Part shown: one piece after another, positions 51,805-64,000 of the stretch | Numbering within the stretch: position 1 is the stretch's first letter | Layout: every line of letters begins with the position of its first letter | NCBI RefSeq assembly: GCF_044647545.1 | Contig: NZ_CP172818.1 | DNA length: 64,000 nt | Source of the DNA: Escherichia coli | GTDB lineage: Bacteria; Pseudomonadota; Gammaproteobacteria; Enterobacterales; Enterobacteriaceae | Direction: 5' to 3' (one strand) | Notes under the pieces: generated by a model | Database searches by the model: none | Told to the model about the DNA's origin: nothing | What the model saw: only the letters and a program-made list of their open reading frames with translations | Translations under genes and position numbers: made by a program

Positions 51805-52275
51805 ATGGATATTCGTAAGATTAAAAAACTGATCGAGCTGGTTGAAGAATCAGGCATCTCCGAACTGGAAATTTCTGAAGGCGAAGAGTCAGTACGCATT
51901 AGCCGTGCAGCTCCTGCCGCAAGTTTCCCTGTGATGCAACAAGCTTACGCTGCACCAATGATGCAGCAGCCAGCTCAATCTAACGCAGCCGCTCCGGCGA
52001 CCGTTCCTTCAATGGAAGCGCCAGCAGCAGCGGAAATCAGTGGTCACATCGTACGTTCCCCGATGGTTGGTACTTTCTACCGCACCCCAAGCCCGGACGC
52101 AAAAGCGTTCATCGAAGTGGGTCAGAAAGTCAACGTGGGCGATACCCTGTGCATCGTTGAAGCCATGAAAATGATGAACCAGATCGAAGCAGACAAATCC
52201 GGTACTGTGAAAGCAATTCTGGTCGAAAGTGGACAACCGGTAGAATTTGACGAGCCGCTGGTCGTCATCGAGTAA
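51805..52275 (+). CDS. accB: Biotin carboxyl carrier protein AccB
   Basis: 156-aa [37 protein letters not shown]… with biotinylation motif EAMKMMN. Confidence 0.97.
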
Positions 52276-52285
52276 CGAGGCGAAC

Positions 52286-53635
52286 ATGCTGGATAAAATT
52301 GTTATTGCCAACCGCGGCGAGATTGCATTGCGTATTCTTCGTGCCTGTAAAGAACTGGGCATCAAGACTGTCGCTGTGCACTCCAGCGCGGATCGCGATC
52401 TAAAACACGTATTACTGGCAGATGAAACGGTCTGTATCGGCCCTGCTCCGTCAGTAAAAAGTTATCTGAACATCCCGGCAATCATCAGCGCCGCTGAAAT
52501 CACCGGCGCAGTAGCAATCCATCCGGGCTACGGCTTCCTCTCCGAGAACGCCAACTTTGCCGAGCAGGTTGAGCGCTCCGGCTTTATCTTCATTGGCCCG
52601 AAAGCAGAAACCATTCGCCTGATGGGCGACAAAGTATCCGCAATCGCGGCGATGAAAAAAGCGGGCGTTCCTTGCGTACCGGGTTCTGACGGCCCGCTGG
52701 GCGACGATATGGATAAAAACCGCGCCATTGCTAAACGCATTGGTTATCCGGTAATTATCAAAGCCTCCGGCGGCGGCGGCGGTCGCGGTATGCGCGTAGT
52801 GCGCGGCGACGCTGAACTGGCACAATCCATCTCCATGACCCGTGCGGAAGCGAAAGCTGCTTTCAGCAACGATATGGTTTACATGGAGAAATACCTGGAA
52901 AATCCTCGCCACGTCGAGATTCAGGTACTGGCTGACGGTCAGGGCAACGCTATCTATCTGGCGGAACGTGACTGCTCCATGCAGCGCCGCCACCAGAAAG
53001 TGGTCGAAGAAGCACCAGCACCGGGCATTACCCCGGAACTGCGTCGCTACATCGGCGAACGTTGCGCTAAAGCATGTGTTGATATCGGCTATCGCGGTGC
53101 AGGTACTTTCGAGTTCCTGTTCGAAAATGGCGAGTTCTATTTCATCGAAATGAACACCCGTATTCAGGTAGAACACCCGGTTACTGAAATGATCACCGGC
53201 GTTGACCTGATCAAAGAACAGCTGCGTATCGCTGCCGGTCAACCGCTGTCGATCAAGCAAGAAGAAGTTCACGTTCGCGGCCATGCGGTAGAGTGCCGTA
53301 TCAACGCCGAAGATCCGAACACCTTCCTGCCAAGTCCGGGCAAAATCACCCGTTTCCATGCACCTGGCGGTTTTGGCGTGCGTTGGGAGTCTCATATCTA
53401 CGCGGGCTACACCGTACCGCCGTACTATGACTCAATGATCGGTAAGCTGATTTGCTACGGTGAAAACCGTGACGTGGCGATTGCCCGCATGAAGAATGCG
53501 CTGCAGGAACTGATCATCGACGGTATCAAAACCAACGTTGATCTGCAGATCCGCATCATGAATGACGAGAACTTCCAGCATGGTGGCACTAACATCCACT
53601 ATCTGGAGAAAAAACTCGGTCTTCAGGAAAAATAA
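52286..53635 (+). CDS. accC: Biotin carboxylase AccC
   Basis: ORF 52247..53635; likely start [33 protein letters not shown] (449 aa). Confidence 0.97.
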
Positions 53636-53651
53636 GACTGCAAAAGCGCTC

Positions 53652-53678
53652 AAAAGGCCGGATTTTCCGGCCTTTTTT
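53652..53678 (+). terminator. Intrinsic terminator after accC
   Basis: aaaaggccgg-atttt-ccggcc hairpin followed by T6. Confidence 0.7.
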
Positions 53679-53743
53679 ATTACTGGGGATTGATATCTAC
53701 ATAAGGTACAATCCTCGTTCTCTTCACCCATCAGGGACAAAAA

Positions 53744-53986
53744 ATGGACACTCGTTTTGTTCAGGCCCATAAAGAGGCGCGCTGGGCGCTGGGGCTGACC
53801 CTTTTGTATCTGGCGGTATGGTTAGTAGCCGCTTACTTACCTGGCGTTACCCCCGGTTTTACCGGCTTTCCACGCTGGTTTGAGATGGCTTGCATCCTGA
53901 CGCCGCTGCTGTTTATTGGACTGTGCTGGGCGATGGTGAAATTTATCTATCGCGATATCCCGCTGGAGGATGACGATGCAGCTTGA
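53744..53986 (+). CDS. yhdT: Small membrane protein YhdT (DUF997)
   Basis: 80-aa ORF with two TM segments; overlaps the panF start. Confidence 0.88.
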   Translation: MDTRFVQAHKEARWALGLTLLYLAVWLVAAYLPGVTPGFTGFPRWFEMACILTPLLFIGLCWAMVKFIYRDIPLEDDDAA

Positions 53987-55427
53987 AGTGATTCTACCGC
54001 TGGTCGCCTATCTGGTGGTGGTGTTCGGGATTTCAGTTTATGCAATGCGTAAACGGAACACCGGCACCTTCCTCAATGAGTATTTCCTCGGCAGCCGTTC
54101 TATGGGCGGTATTGTGCTGGCGATGACGCTCACCGCGACCTATATCAGTGCCAGTTCGTTTATCGGCGGGCCAGGAGCTGCTTATAAATACGGCCTGGGT
54201 TGGGTATTGCTGGCGATGATTCAGCTTCCTGCGGTCTGGCTTTCGCTCGGTATTCTCGGCAAGAAGTTCGCGATTCTTGCGCGCCGCTACAATGCGGTGA
54301 CGCTGAACGATATGCTGTTTGCCCGCTATCAGAGTCGTCTGCTGGTGTGGCTGGCGAGTTTAAGTTTGCTGGTTGCGTTCGTTGGTGCGATGACCGTGCA
54401 GTTTATCGGCGGTGCGCGCCTGCTGGAAACCGCGGCGGGTATTCCTTATGAAACCGGGCTGCTGATTTTCGGTATCAGCATTGCGTTGTATACCGCCTTT
54501 GGTGGCTTTCGCGCCAGCGTGCTGAACGACACCATGCAAGGACTGGTGATGCTGATTGGCACCGTTGTGCTGCTTATTGGCGTGGTCCATGCTGCTGGCG
54601 GCTTAAGCAATGCAGTAGAGACGCTGCAAACCATTGATCCGCAACTGGTTACGCCACAAGGCGCTGACGATATTCTGTCACCTGCGTTTATGACGTCGTT
54701 CTGGGTGCTGGTGTGCTTTGGCGTTATTGGCCTGCCGCATACTGCGGTGCGCTGTATCTCCTATAAAGACAGCAAAGCAGTACATCGGGGGATCATCATC
54801 GGTACGATTGTAGTCGCAATCCTGATGTTCGGTATGCACCTAGCCGGAGCATTAGGTCGTGCAGTGATCCCCGATCTCACCGTACCGGACCTGGTGATCC
54901 CGACGTTGATGGTAAAAGTACTGCCACCGTTTGCTGCCGGGATCTTCCTTGCAGCTCCTATGGCTGCGATCATGTCGACGATCAACGCCCAATTGCTGCA
55001 AAGTTCCGCTACGATCATTAAAGATCTCTATCTGAATATCCGTCCGGATCAAATGCAAAACGAGACGCGCCTGAAGCGGATGTCGGCGGTGATTACGTTG
55101 ATTCTCGGCGCGTTGCTGCTGCTTGCTGCATGGAAGCCGCCTGAAATGATCATCTGGCTGAATTTGCTGGCCTTCGGCGGGCTGGAAGCTGTCTTCCTGT
55201 GGCCGCTGGTACTGGGTCTTTACTGGGAACGCGCTAACGCCAAAGGCGCGCTAAGTGCGATGATCGTTGGCGGCGTGCTGTATGCCGTACTTGCGACACT
55301 GAATATTCAGTACCTGGGCTTCCACCCTATCGTGCCCTCGTTGCTGCTAAGTTTGCTGGCTTTCCTGGTCGGAAACCGTTTCGGTACGTCCGTCCCGCAA
55401 GCTACCGTTTTGACTACTGATAAATAA
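53976..55427 (+). CDS. panF: Sodium/pantothenate symporter PanF
   Basis: ORF 53970..55427; likely start [23 protein letters not shown] (483 aa); SSS-family multi-TM. Confidence 0.95.
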   Translation: MQLEVILPLVAYLVVVFGISVYAMRKRNTGTFLNEYFLGSRSMGGIVLAMTLTATYISASSFIGGPGAAYKYGLGWVLLAMIQLPAVWLSLGILGKKFAILARRYNAVTLNDMLFARYQSRLLVWLASLSLLVAFVGAMTVQFIGGARLLETAAGIPYETGLLIFGISIALYTAFGGFRASVLNDTMQGLVMLIGTVVLLIGVVHAAGGLSNAVETLQTIDPQLVTPQGADDILSPAFMTSFWVLVCFGVIGLPHTAVRCISYKDSKAVHRGIIIGTIVVAILMFGMHLAGALGRAVIPDLTVPDLVIPTLMVKVLPPFAAGIFLAAPMAAIMSTINAQLLQSSATIIKDLYLNIRPDQMQNETRLKRMSAVITLILGALLLLAAWKPPEMIIWLNLLAFGGLEAVFLWPLVLGLYWERANAKGALSAMIVGGVLYAVLATLNIQYLGFHPIVPSLLLSLLAFLVGNRFGTSVPQATVLTTDK

Positions 55428-55438
55428 AGAGTTTTGCC

Positions 55439-56320
55439 ATGCCTTGGATCCAACTGAAACTGAACACCACCGGCGCGAACGCCGAAGATCTTAGCGATGC
55501 GCTGATGGAAGCGGGTGCCGTTTCTATCACTTTTCAGGATACCCACGATACGCCTGTATTTGAGCCGCTTCCGGGCGAAACGCGTCTGTGGGGCGACACC
55601 GATGTGATTGGCCTGTTCGATGCTGAAACCGACATGAAAGAAGTCGTGGCGATTCTGGAGAATCATCCGCTGCTCGGCGCAGGCTTCGCGCACAAAATCG
55701 AACAACTGGAAGATAAAGACTGGGAGCGCGAATGGATGGATAATTTCCACCCAATGCGCTTTGGCGAACGTCTGTGGATCTGCCCAAGCTGGCGTGATGT
55801 GCCGGACGAAAACGCCGTCAACGTAATGTTAGACCCAGGTCTGGCGTTTGGTACAGGGACTCATCCAACTACCTCTCTGTGCCTGCAATGGCTCGACAGC
55901 CTCGATTTAACCGGTAAAACGGTCATCGACTTTGGCTGTGGTTCCGGCATTCTGGCTATCGCGGCGCTGAAACTGGGTGCAGCAAAAGCCATTGGTATTG
56001 ATATTGATCCGCAGGCGATTCAGGCCAGCCGCGACAACGCCGAACGTAATGGCGTTTCTGACCGTCTGGAACTCTACCTACCTAAAGATCAGCCAGAAGA
56101 AATGAAAGCCGACGTGGTGGTCGCTAACATCCTTGCAGGCCCATTACGTGAACTGGCACCGTTAATCAGCGTCCTGCCGGTTTCAGGTGGCTTGCTGGGC
56201 CTTTCCGGTATTCTGGCAAGCCAGGCAGAGAGCGTTTGTGAAGCTTATGCCGACAGCTTCGCTCTGGACCCGGTCGTGGAAAAAGAAGAGTGGTGCCGCA
56301 TTACCGGTCGTAAGAATTAA
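55439..56320 (+). CDS. prmA: Ribosomal protein L11 methyltransferase PrmA
   Basis: 293-aa [37 protein letters not shown]… with SAM-binding [13 protein letters not shown]. Confidence 0.95.
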   Translation: MPWIQLKLNTTGANAEDLSDALMEAGAVSITFQDTHDTPVFEPLPGETRLWGDTDVIGLFDAETDMKEVVAILENHPLLGAGFAHKIEQLEDKDWEREWMDNFHPMRFGERLWICPSWRDVPDENAVNVMLDPGLAFGTGTHPTTSLCLQWLDSLDLTGKTVIDFGCGSGILAIAALKLGAAKAIGIDIDPQAIQASRDNAERNGVSDRLELYLPKDQPEEMKADVVVANILAGPLRELAPLISVLPVSGGLLGLSGILASQAESVCEAYADSFALDPVVEKEEWCRITGRKN

Positions 56321-56648
56321 CCTTCGCATCGCCGTAGGGTGACGCAAGGCGAAGTGCGAGCAAGGTCACAAAAGGCACGTTAATTTGCCGATTATTTACG
56401 CAAATTTGCGTGCCAAAATTTTCATTCATAAAGAAAAATTGAGAACTTACTCAAATTTCTTGGAGTGTAAATTTTAGTCACTATTTTCTAATATAATGAT
56501 TTTTATGAGTAATTATCGCGCCAAGCTCATTTTAAATGCAATTCTTTGATCCATCTCAGATGATTGGTCAAAGTTTGGCCTTTCATCTCGTGCAAAAAAT
56601 GCGTAATATACGCCGCCTTGCAGTCACAGTATGGTCATTTCTTAACTC

Positions 56649-57614
56649 ATGCGCATCGGACAATATCAGCTCAGAAATCGCCTGATCGCAGCGCCCATGG
56701 CTGGCATTACAGACAGACCTTTTCGGACGTTGTGCTACGAGATGGGAGCCGGATTGACAGTATCCGAGATGATGTCTTCTAACCCACAGGTTTGGGAAAG
56801 CGACAAATCTCGTTTACGGATGGTGCACATTGATGAACCCGGTATTCGCACCGTGCAAATTGCTGGTAGCGATCCGAAAGAAATGGCAGATGCAGCACGT
56901 ATTAACGTGGAAAGCGGTGCCCAGATTATTGATATCAATATGGGTTGCCCGGCTAAAAAAGTGAATCGCAAGCTCGCAGGTTCAGCCCTTTTGCAGTACC
57001 CGGATGTCGTTAAATCGATCCTAACCGAGGTCGTCAATGCAGTGGACGTTCCTGTTACCCTGAAGATTCGCACTGGCTGGGCACCGGAACACCGTAACTG
57101 CGAAGAGATTGCCCAACTGGCTGAAGACTGTGGCATTCAGGCTCTGACCATTCATGGCCGTACACGCGCCTGTTTGTTCAATGGAGAAGCTGAGTACGAC
57201 AGTATTCGGGCAGTTAAGCAGAAAGTTTCCATTCCGGTTATCGCGAATGGCGACATTACTGACCCGCTTAAAGCCAGAGCTGTGCTCGACTATACAGGGG
57301 CGGATGCCCTGATGATAGGCCGCGCAGCTCAGGGAAGACCCTGGATCTTTCGGGAAATCCAGCATTATCTGGACACTGGGGAGTTGCTGCCCCCGCTGCC
57401 TTTGGCAGAGGTTAAGCGCTTGCTTTGCGCGCACGTTCGGGAACTGCATGACTTTTATGGTCCGGCAAAAGGGTACCGAATTGCACGTAAACACGTTTCC
57501 TGGTATCTCCAGGAACACGCTCCAAATGACCAGTTTCGGCGCACATTCAACGCCATTGAGGATGCCAGCGAACAGCTGGAGGCGTTGGAGGCATACTTCG
57601 AAAATTTTGCGTAA
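56649..57614 (+). CDS. dusB: tRNA-dihydrouridine synthase B
   Basis: 321-aa [38 protein letters not shown]…; first gene of the dusB-fis operon. Confidence 0.96.
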   Translation: MRIGQYQLRNRLIAAPMAGITDRPFRTLCYEMGAGLTVSEMMSSNPQVWESDKSRLRMVHIDEPGIRTVQIAGSDPKEMADAARINVESGAQIIDINMGCPAKKVNRKLAGSALLQYPDVVKSILTEVVNAVDVPVTLKIRTGWAPEHRNCEEIAQLAEDCGIQALTIHGRTRACLFNGEAEYDSIRAVKQKVSIPVIANGDITDPLKARAVLDYTGADALMIGRAAQGRPWIFREIQHYLDTGELLPPLPLAEVKRLLCAHVRELHDFYGPAKGYRIARKHVSWYLQEHAPNDQFRRTFNAIEDASEQLEALEAYFENFA

Positions 57615-57639
57615 ACAGAAATAAAGAGCTGACAGAACT

Positions 57640-57936
57640 ATGTTCGAACAACGCGTAAATTCTGACGTACTGACCGTTTCTACCGTTAACTCTCAGGATC
57701 AGGTAACCCAAAAACCCCTGCGTGACTCGGTTAAACAGGCACTGAAGAACTATTTTGCTCAACTGAACGGTCAGGATGTGAATGACCTCTATGAGCTGGT
57801 ACTGGCTGAAGTAGAACAGCCCCTGTTGGACATGGTGATGCAATACACCCGTGGTAACCAGACCCGTGCTGCGCTGATGATGGGCATCAACCGTGGTACG
57901 CTGCGTAAAAAATTGAAAAAATACGGCATGAACTAA
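57640..57936 (+). CDS. fis: Nucleoid-associated protein Fis
   Basis: 98-aa [101 protein letters not shown]. Confidence 0.99.
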
Positions 57937-57961
57937 TTCAGGTTAGCTAAATGCTTGATTA

Positions 57962-57997
57962 AAAAGGCGCTACTCGGCATGGGGAAGCGCCTTTTTT
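57962..57997 (+). terminator. Intrinsic terminator after fis
   Basis: aggcgc ... gcgcc hairpin followed by T6. Confidence 0.65.
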
Positions 57998-58021
57998 ATA
58001 GGTGTCACAAAGGGAGTGACC

Positions 58022-58906
58022 ATGAGAACAGGATGTGAACCGACCCGATTTGGTAATGAAGCAAAGACCATCATCCAGGGTGATGCATTAACCGAACTTA
58101 AAAAGATCCCCGCCGATAGTGTAGATCTGATCTTTGCCGACCCACCGTATAACATCGGTAAAAATTTTGATGGTCTGATCGAAGCCTGGAAAGAAGATCT
58201 GTTTATCGACTGGCTGTTTGAAGTGATTGCATAGTGCCACCGCGTTCTGAAAAAGCAGGGCAGCATGTACATCATGAACAGCACGGAAAACATGCCCTTT
58301 ATCGATCTCCAGTGCCGCAAGCTTTTTACCATCAAAAGTCGCATCGTCTGGTCATATGACAGTTCTGGAGTGCAGGCGAAAAAACACTACGGCTCCATGT
58401 ACGAACCCATCCTGATGATGGTGAAAGACGCAAAGAACTACACGTTCAACGGTGATGCTATTCTGGTAGAAGCCAAAACCGGATCGCAGCGCGCGTTGAT
58501 CGATTATCGCAAAAATCCTCCACAGCCTTACAATCATCAAAAAGTACCGGGTAACGTCTGGGATTTTCCGCGCGTGCGTTATTTGATGGATGAATATGAA
58601 AACCACCCGACGCAAAAACCGGAAGCCTTACTGAAACGCATTATTCTCGCCTCTTCCAACCCAGGCGATATCGTTCTCGACCCGTTTGCCGGTAGCTTTA
58701 CTACCGGTGCCGTAGCCGTCGCCAGCGGGCGAAAATTCATTGGTATTGAGATCAACAGCGAGTACATCAAAATGGGGCTTCGACGGCTGGATGTCGCGTC
58801 GCATTACTCTGCGGAAGAACTGGCGAAAGTGAAAAAAAGAAAGACCGGCAACCTGTCAAAACGAAGCCGGTTAAGCGAAGTTGACCCCGATCTCATTGCA
58901 AAGTAA
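58022..58906 (+). pseudogene. yhdJ: DNA adenine methyltransferase YhdJ interrupted by a single in-frame TAG stop (codon 71, 58232-58234)
   Basis: Track ORFs 58016..58234 and 58265..58906 are in the same frame separated only by the TAG; both halves match YhdJ (DPPY motif in the N-terminal part, SAM-binding region after it); total span equals 294 codons. Confidence 0.8.
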
Positions 58907-58989
58907 AGGAAGTGTAAGCCTGGTTTTCAGATTATTCATTTCGTGTATATTTCCTGCCAGACTTGGTTAAACATGCACAGGCTCAGGTA

Positions 58990-59169
58990 ATGATTCGCAA
59001 GTATTGGTGGCTCGTCGTTTTCGCTGTCTTCGTTTTTCTGTTTGATACTTTACTGATGCAGTGGATTGAACTGCTGGCAACAGAAACAGACAAATGCCGC
59101 AATATGAACTCAGTTAATCCACTAAAACTGGTTAACTGTGACGAACTGAATTTTCAGGACAGAATGTGA
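58990..59169 (+). CDS. yhdU: Small membrane protein YhdU
   Basis: ORF 58963..59169; likely start MIRKYWWLVVFAVFVFLFDTLLMQW (59 aa). Confidence 0.8.
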   Translation: MIRKYWWLVVFAVFVFLFDTLLMQWIELLATETDKCRNMNSVNPLKLVNCDELNFQDRM

Positions 59170-59171
59170 AT

Positions 59172-59834
59172 TTATATGACACTTAATTCATTCGTTTGAC
59201 GAATTAATTTCGTTATGTTTTCATCTGGCATAAACATTCTTAATACGTTATCGACCAGTGCGGGTGCTTGTTTATAAAGATCATAACCCGCCATATTCAT
59301 TAACCAGTTTTGAACAATTCCGCTGAAGGCACCATCAATAATAATCATCACAACATCTAAATCGAGATTATTTGCTATACAACCTTGTTGCTGACATGCC
59401 TGCAATACTTCGTGGAGAGTCTGCGGATTAAAGCCCATCTTTTCGCGTATCACTCCCTCTGCCAGCATCTCATCATTAAATTCACATTTGTGATATAAGA
59501 TTTTCAGCAACGCCTGCTGGCGGGGAATTTTGGCAATATATTGCAAGCCAACAATCAATTTTTCACGCAATTGTTGAAACGGGTCATGCTCTAACCCAGC
59601 CGTCAAGTGTTCCTGGATTAACTCCCGCAATGAAGGCTGTTGCAACCACATCTCATTAAACAGTTGGGTCTTGTTCTCGAAGTGCCAGTAGATAGCGCCA
59701 CGCGTAACGTTAGCGGCATCGGCAATGTCGTTGAGCGTCGTCTTGCTTACGCCATGTTGCGCAAACTGGGCGATGGCAGTTTCAATCAGTTCTTGCCGGG
59801 TCTTCAGAGCTTCGGCTTTGGTTCTTTTTGCCAT
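59172..59834 (-). CDS. envR: TetR-family repressor EnvR (AcrS)
   Basis: 220-aa ORF MAKRTKAEALKTRQELIETAIAQFAQHGVSKTTLNDIADAANVTRGAIYWHF…; divergent from acrEF. Confidence 0.95.
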   Translation of the reverse strand: MAKRTKAEALKTRQELIETAIAQFAQHGVSKTTLNDIADAANVTRGAIYWHFENKTQLFNEMWLQQPSLRELIQEHLTAGLEHDPFQQLREKLIVGLQYIAKIPRQQALLKILYHKCEFNDEMLAEGVIREKMGFNPQTLHEVLQACQQQGCIANNLDLDVVMIIIDGAFSGIVQNWLMNMAGYDLYKQAPALVDNVLRMFMPDENITKLIRQTNELSVI

Positions 59835-60232
59835 GATTAATTATTCAGGAAATAAATATATTCGACACAGAGTGAGAAAATAGCGAAGGTTAATCTATCA
59901 CCTAATGTGTATTTATACGAGAGGCTAATATTGAGTTGCTATAAATCGTCAAATAAATAACGTTTATTATTTACCTAAAACACATTCACTCTATCAATAT
60001 ATATTTCAATTTACGAGGATTTGATTCTACCTCTTTCAACCCGCGTCAAAATAAAACAGTAGAATATTAATCTTTTTTTGTGTTTATGTGCCTTGAGACG
60101 CTAGTATTCATAACTATTCCTTACATCGACGAATGATAATTTGTAGGATAGCGAACTGTATTTTTCTTTCTGCGAGTTAACGCGTTGCCTTTTTGGGTAA
60201 ATAACGCGCTTTTGGTTTTTTGAGGAATAGTA

Positions 60233-61390
60233 ATGACGAAACATGCCAGGTTTTTCCTCCTGCCCTCCTTTATTCTGATCTCCGCGGCTTTAATCGCCGG
60301 TTGTAACGATAAGGGAGAAGAGAAAGCTCACGTCGGTGAACCGCAGGTTACCGTTCATATTGTGAAAACGGCCCCGTTAGAAGTTAAGACTGAATTACCA
60401 GGCCGCACCAATGCTTACCGTATAGCCGAAGTTCGCCCACAGGTTAGCGGGATCGTACTGAGTCGCAATTTCACTGAAGGCAGCGATGTGCAAGCAGGCC
60501 AGTCTCTGTACCAGATCGATCCCGCGACCTATCAGGCAAGTTATGACAGCGCGAAAGGCGAACTGGCGAAAAGTGAAGCCGCCGCCGCCATCGCGCATTT
60601 GACGGTAAAACGTTACGTTCCGCTCGTGGGTACGAAATACATCAGTCAGCAGGAGTACGACCAGGCCATTGCTGATGCTCGCCAGGCCGATGCCGCCGTG
60701 ATTGCCGCAAAAGCCACGGTCGAAAGCGCTCGCATCAATCTCGCTTATACCAAAGTGACTGCGCCAATTAGTGGACGTATCGGCAAATCGACTGTGACCG
60801 AAGGCGCTCTTGTCACTAATGGGCAAACGACTGAACTGGCGACTGTCCAGCAGCTCGATCCTATCTACGTTGATGTGACCCAATCCAGCAACGATTTTAT
60901 GAGGCTGAAGCAATCCGTAGAGCAAGGAAATTTGCATAAGGAAAACGCCACCAGCAACGTAGAGTTGGTCATGGAAAACGGTCAAACCTATCCCCTGAAA
61001 GGTACGCTGCAATTCTCCGATGTTACCGTTGATGAAAGCACCGGCTCCATAACCCTACGTGCCGTCTTCCCTAACCCGCAACATACGCTTTTACCTGGTA
61101 TGTTTGTGCGCGCACGGATTGATGAAGGCGTCCAATCTGATGCCATTCTTATCCCGCAACAAGGCGTTAGCCGCACACCGCGTGGTGATGCAACCGTGCT
61201 GATTGTTAACGATAAAAGTCAGGTTGAAGCGCGCCCTGTCGTTGCCAGCCAGGCGATTGGCGATAAATGGTTGATTAGCGAAGGGCTGAAATCTGGCGAT
61301 CAAGTCATTGTCAGCGGCCTGCAAAAAGCGCGTCCGGGAGAGCAGGTTAAAGCCACTACCGATACCCCCGCAGATACTGCATCGAAGTAA
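60233..61390 (+). CDS. acrE: Multidrug efflux membrane fusion lipoprotein AcrE
   Basis: 385-aa ORF with lipoprotein signal (…LIAGCNDKG…), AcrA-like. Confidence 0.95.
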   Translation: MTKHARFFLLPSFILISAALIAGCNDKGEEKAHVGEPQVTVHIVKTAPLEVKTELPGRTNAYRIAEVRPQVSGIVLSRNFTEGSDVQAGQSLYQIDPATYQASYDSAKGELAKSEAAAAIAHLTVKRYVPLVGTKYISQQEYDQAIADARQADAAVIAAKATVESARINLAYTKVTAPISGRIGKSTVTEGALVTNGQTTELATVQQLDPIYVDVTQSSNDFMRLKQSVEQGNLHKENATSNVELVMENGQTYPLKGTLQFSDVTVDESTGSITLRAVFPNPQHTLLPGMFVRARIDEGVQSDAILIPQQGVSRTPRGDATVLIVNDKSQVEARPVVASQAIGDKWLISEGLKSGDQVIVSGLQKARPGEQVKATTDTPADTASK

Positions 61391-61401
61391 GGCAATCTGA
61401 C

Positions 61402-64000
61402 ATGGCAAACTTTTTTATTCGACGACCGATATTTGCATGGGTGCTGGCCATTATTCTGATGATGGCGGGTGTACTGGCGATCCTACAATTGCCCGTCGCC
61501 CAATACCCAACCATTGCGCCGCCTGCAGTTTCTGTTTCGGCAAACTATCCGGGCGCTGATGCGCAGACCGTGCAGGATACGGTGACGCAGGTTATCGAAC
61601 AGAATATGAATGGTATCGATAACCTGATGTATATGTCCTCCACCAGCGATTCCGCCGGTAGCGTGACAATTACCCTTACCTTCCAGTCCGGGACCGATCC
61701 AGATATCGCGCAAGTGCAGGTGCAGAACAAACTCCAGCTCGCCACGCCGTTGCTGCCGCAGGAGGTACAACAGCAGGGGATCAGTGTTGAAAAGTCCAGT
61801 AGCAGCTATTTGATGGTGGCGGGCTTTGTCTCTGATAACCCAGGCACCACACAGGACGATATCTCGGACTATGTGGCCTCTAACGTTAAAGATACGCTTA
61901 GCCGTCTGAATGGCGTCGGTGACGTACAACTTTTCGGCGCACAGTATGCGATGCGTATCTGGTTGGACGCCGATCTGCTAAACAAATACAAACTGACGCC
62001 GGTTGATGTGATTAACCAGTTGAAGGTACAGAACGATCAGATCGCTGCCGGACAGTTGGGCGGAACGCCAGCGTTACCAGGGCAACAGTTGAACGCCTCG
62101 ATTATTGCTCAGACGCGGTTAAAAAATCCGGAAGAATTCGGCAAAGTGACCTTGCGCGTAAACAGTGACGGCTCGGTGGTACGCCTGAAAGATGTCGCAC
62201 GGGTTGAACTTGGCGGTGAAAACTATAACGTTATCGCTCGCATCAACGGTAAACCGGCGGCGGGCCTGGGTATTAAGCTGGCAACCGGCGCTAATGCTCT
62301 CGATACCGCGAAAGCCATTAAGGCAAAACTGGCGGAATTACAGCCATTCTTCCCGCAGGGAATGAAGGTTCTCTACCCTTATGACACCACGCCATTCGTC
62401 CAGCTTTCTATTCACGAAGTGGTAAAAACGCTGTTCGAAGCCATTATGCTGGTGTTCCTGGTGATGTATCTGTTCTTGCAGAATATGCGAGCAACGCTGA
62501 TCCCCACCATTGCGGTACCCGTAGTGTTGTTAGGGACGTTTGCCATCCTCGCCGCTTTTGGTTACTCCATCAATACACTAACGATGTTCGGGATGGTGCT
62601 TGCCATCGGGCTGCTCGTCGATGATGCGATAGTGGTGGTGGAGAACGTCGAGCGCGTGATGATGGAGGATAAGCTCCCGCCAAAAGAAGCGACGGAAAAA
62701 TCAATGTCGCAAATCCAGGGCGCACTGGTGGGTATCGCGATGGTGCTGTCAGCGGTATTTATTCCAATGGCATTCTTCGGCGGTTCTACTGGGGCAATTT
62801 ACCGCCAGTTCTCTATCACCATCGTTTCGGCAATGGCGCTTTCTGTTCTGGTGGCATTGATTCTTACCCCAGCGTTATGTGCAACACTGCTCAAACCCGT
62901 CTCTGCTGAGCATCACGAAAATAAGGGCGGTTTCTTCGGCTGGTTTAATACCACCTTCGATCATAGCGTTAACCACTACACCAACAGCGTCGGCAAAATC
63001 CTCGGTTCCACAGGACGATATTTACTGATCTATGCACTAATTGTTGCTGGAATGGTGGTGTTGTTTTTACGTCTTCCGTCTTCCTTCTTACCTGAAGAGG
63101 ATCAGGGAGTCTTCCTGACTATGATTCAGTTACCCGCTGGCGCGACGCAAGAGCGGACGCAAAAAGTGTTGGATCAAGTGACGGATTACTATCTGAAGAA
63201 CGAGAAAGCGAACGTAGAAAGTGTCTTTACGGTTAACGGCTTTAGCTTCAGCGGCCAGGCACAAAACGCCGGTATGGCTTTCGTCAGTCTGAAACCGTGG
63301 GAAGAGCGTAGTGGTGACGAAAACAGTGCGGAAGCGGTAATCCATCGTGCCAAAATGGAGTTGGGCAAGATCCGCGACGGTTTTGTCATTCCATTCAATA
63401 TGCCAGCCATTGTTGAACTGGGCACGGCAACGGGTTTCGACTTTGAGTTAATTGATCAGGCTGGGCTGGGTCACGATGCCCTGACCCAGGCCCGTAACCA
63501 GTTGCTTGGCATGGCGGCGCAACATCCTGCCAGCTTAGTCAGCGTGCGTCCTAATGGTCTGGAAGACACCGCGCAGTTTAAACTGGAAGTTGACCAGGAA
63601 AAGGCGCAGGCATTAGGTGTTTCACTTTCTGACATCAATCAGACTATTTCAACGGCGTTGGGTGGGACTTACGTTAACGACTTCATTGACCGTGGTCGCG
63701 TGAAAAAGGTGTATGTTCAGGCGGATGCCAAATTCCGTATGCTGCCAGAAGATGTCGATAAACTTTATGTCCGCAGCGCCAACGGCGAAATGGTGCCATT
63801 CTCTGCCTTTACCTCTGCACATTGGGTGTATGGCTCTCCGCGACTGGAGCGCTACAACGGTCTGCCGTCAATGGAGATTCAGGGGGAAGCCGCGCCAGGA
63901 ACCAGTTCCGGCGATGCCATGGCGTTGATGGAAAACCTTGCATCACAATTACCAGCTGGCATTGGTTATGACTGGACGGGTATGTCATATCAGGAACGCT
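61402..64000 (+). CDS. acrF: RND multidrug efflux transporter AcrF, 5' portion (continues beyond the window)
   Basis: ATG at 61402 with SD upstream; frame open to the window end; translation [61 protein letters not shown]… is AcrB/AcrF-like. Confidence 0.93.
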   Translation, partial: MANFFIRRPIFAWVLAIILMMAGVLAILQLPVAQYPTIAPPAVSVSANYPGADAQTVQDTVTQVIEQNMNGIDNLMYMSSTSDSAGSVTITLTFQSGTDPDIAQVQVQNKLQLATPLLPQEVQQQGISVEKSSSSYLMVAGFVSDNPGTTQDDISDYVASNVKDTLSRLNGVGDVQLFGAQYAMRIWLDADLLNKYKLTPVDVINQLKVQNDQIAAGQLGGTPALPGQQLNASIIAQTRLKNPEEFGKVTLRVNSDGSVVRLKDVARVELGGENYNVIARINGKPAAGLGIKLATGANALDTAKAIKAKLAELQPFFPQGMKVLYPYDTTPFVQLSIHEVVKTLFEAIMLVFLVMYLFLQNMRATLIPTIAVPVVLLGTFAILAAFGYSINTLTMFGMVLAIGLLVDDAIVVVENVERVMMEDKLPPKEATEKSMSQIQGALVGIAMVLSAVFIPMAFFGGSTGAIYRQFSITIVSAMALSVLVALILTPALCATLLKPVSAEHHENKGGFFGWFNTTFDHSVNHYTNSVGKILGSTGRYLLIYALIVAGMVVLFLRLPSSFLPEEDQGVFLTMIQLPAGATQERTQKVLDQVTDYYLKNEKANVESVFTVNGFSFSGQAQNAGMAFVSLKPWEERSGDENSAEAVIHRAKMELGKIRDGFVIPFNMPAIVELGTATGFDFELIDQAGLGHDALTQARNQLLGMAAQHPASLVSVRPNGLEDTAQFKLEVDQEKAQALGVSLSDINQTISTALGGTYVNDFIDRGRVKKVYVQADAKFRMLPEDVDKLYVRSANGEMVPFSAFTSAHWVYGSPRLERYNGLPSMEIQGEAAPGTSSGDAMALMENLASQLPAGIGYDWTGMSYQER

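Noticed and set aside
52451-53395. 314-aa minus-strand ORF overlapping accC
   Set aside because: Antisense shadow ORF inside the highly conserved accC gene.

Overview
This window reads as a contiguous segment of an Escherichia coli chromosome, in K-12 gene order from ptsN to acrF (roughly the 3.35-3.41 Mb region of the K-12 map). All identifications come from recognising the translated ORFs and sequence motifs from memory; no database search or alignment was run. Gene order: ptsN' - rapZ - npr - yrbL - mtgA - elbB - arcZ/arcB - yhcC - gltB - gltD - yhcG - yhcH - nanK - nanE - nanT - nanA - nanR - dcuD - sspB - sspA - rpsI - rplM - zapE - yhcB(zapG) - degQ - degS - mdh - argR - yhcN - yhcO - aaeB - aaeA - aaeX - aaeR - tldD - yhdP - rng - yhdE - mreD - mreC - mreB - csrD - acuI - accB - accC - yhdT - panF - prmA - dusB - fis - yhdJ - yhdU - envR(acrS) - acrE - acrF'. 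I see no CRISPR array, tRNA/rRNA, IS element, prophage or defence island, and no convincing evidence of a novel multi-gene system; this is mostly well-characterised core genome. Things that do not fit the K-12 picture and deserve checking: (1) a ~380 bp homopolymer-rich, nearly G-free tract between acuI and accB that looks like a sequencing/assembly artefact and truncates a candidate ORF; (2) an msrQ-like 3' fragment in the same interval; (3) three copies of a palindrome with arm-to-arm compensatory variation in and just after yhcG; (4) gltD followed directly by yhcG, so gltF-yhcADEF (and the K-12 IS5) are absent and GltD appears ~6 aa shorter; (5) an in-frame TAG stop splitting yhdJ.
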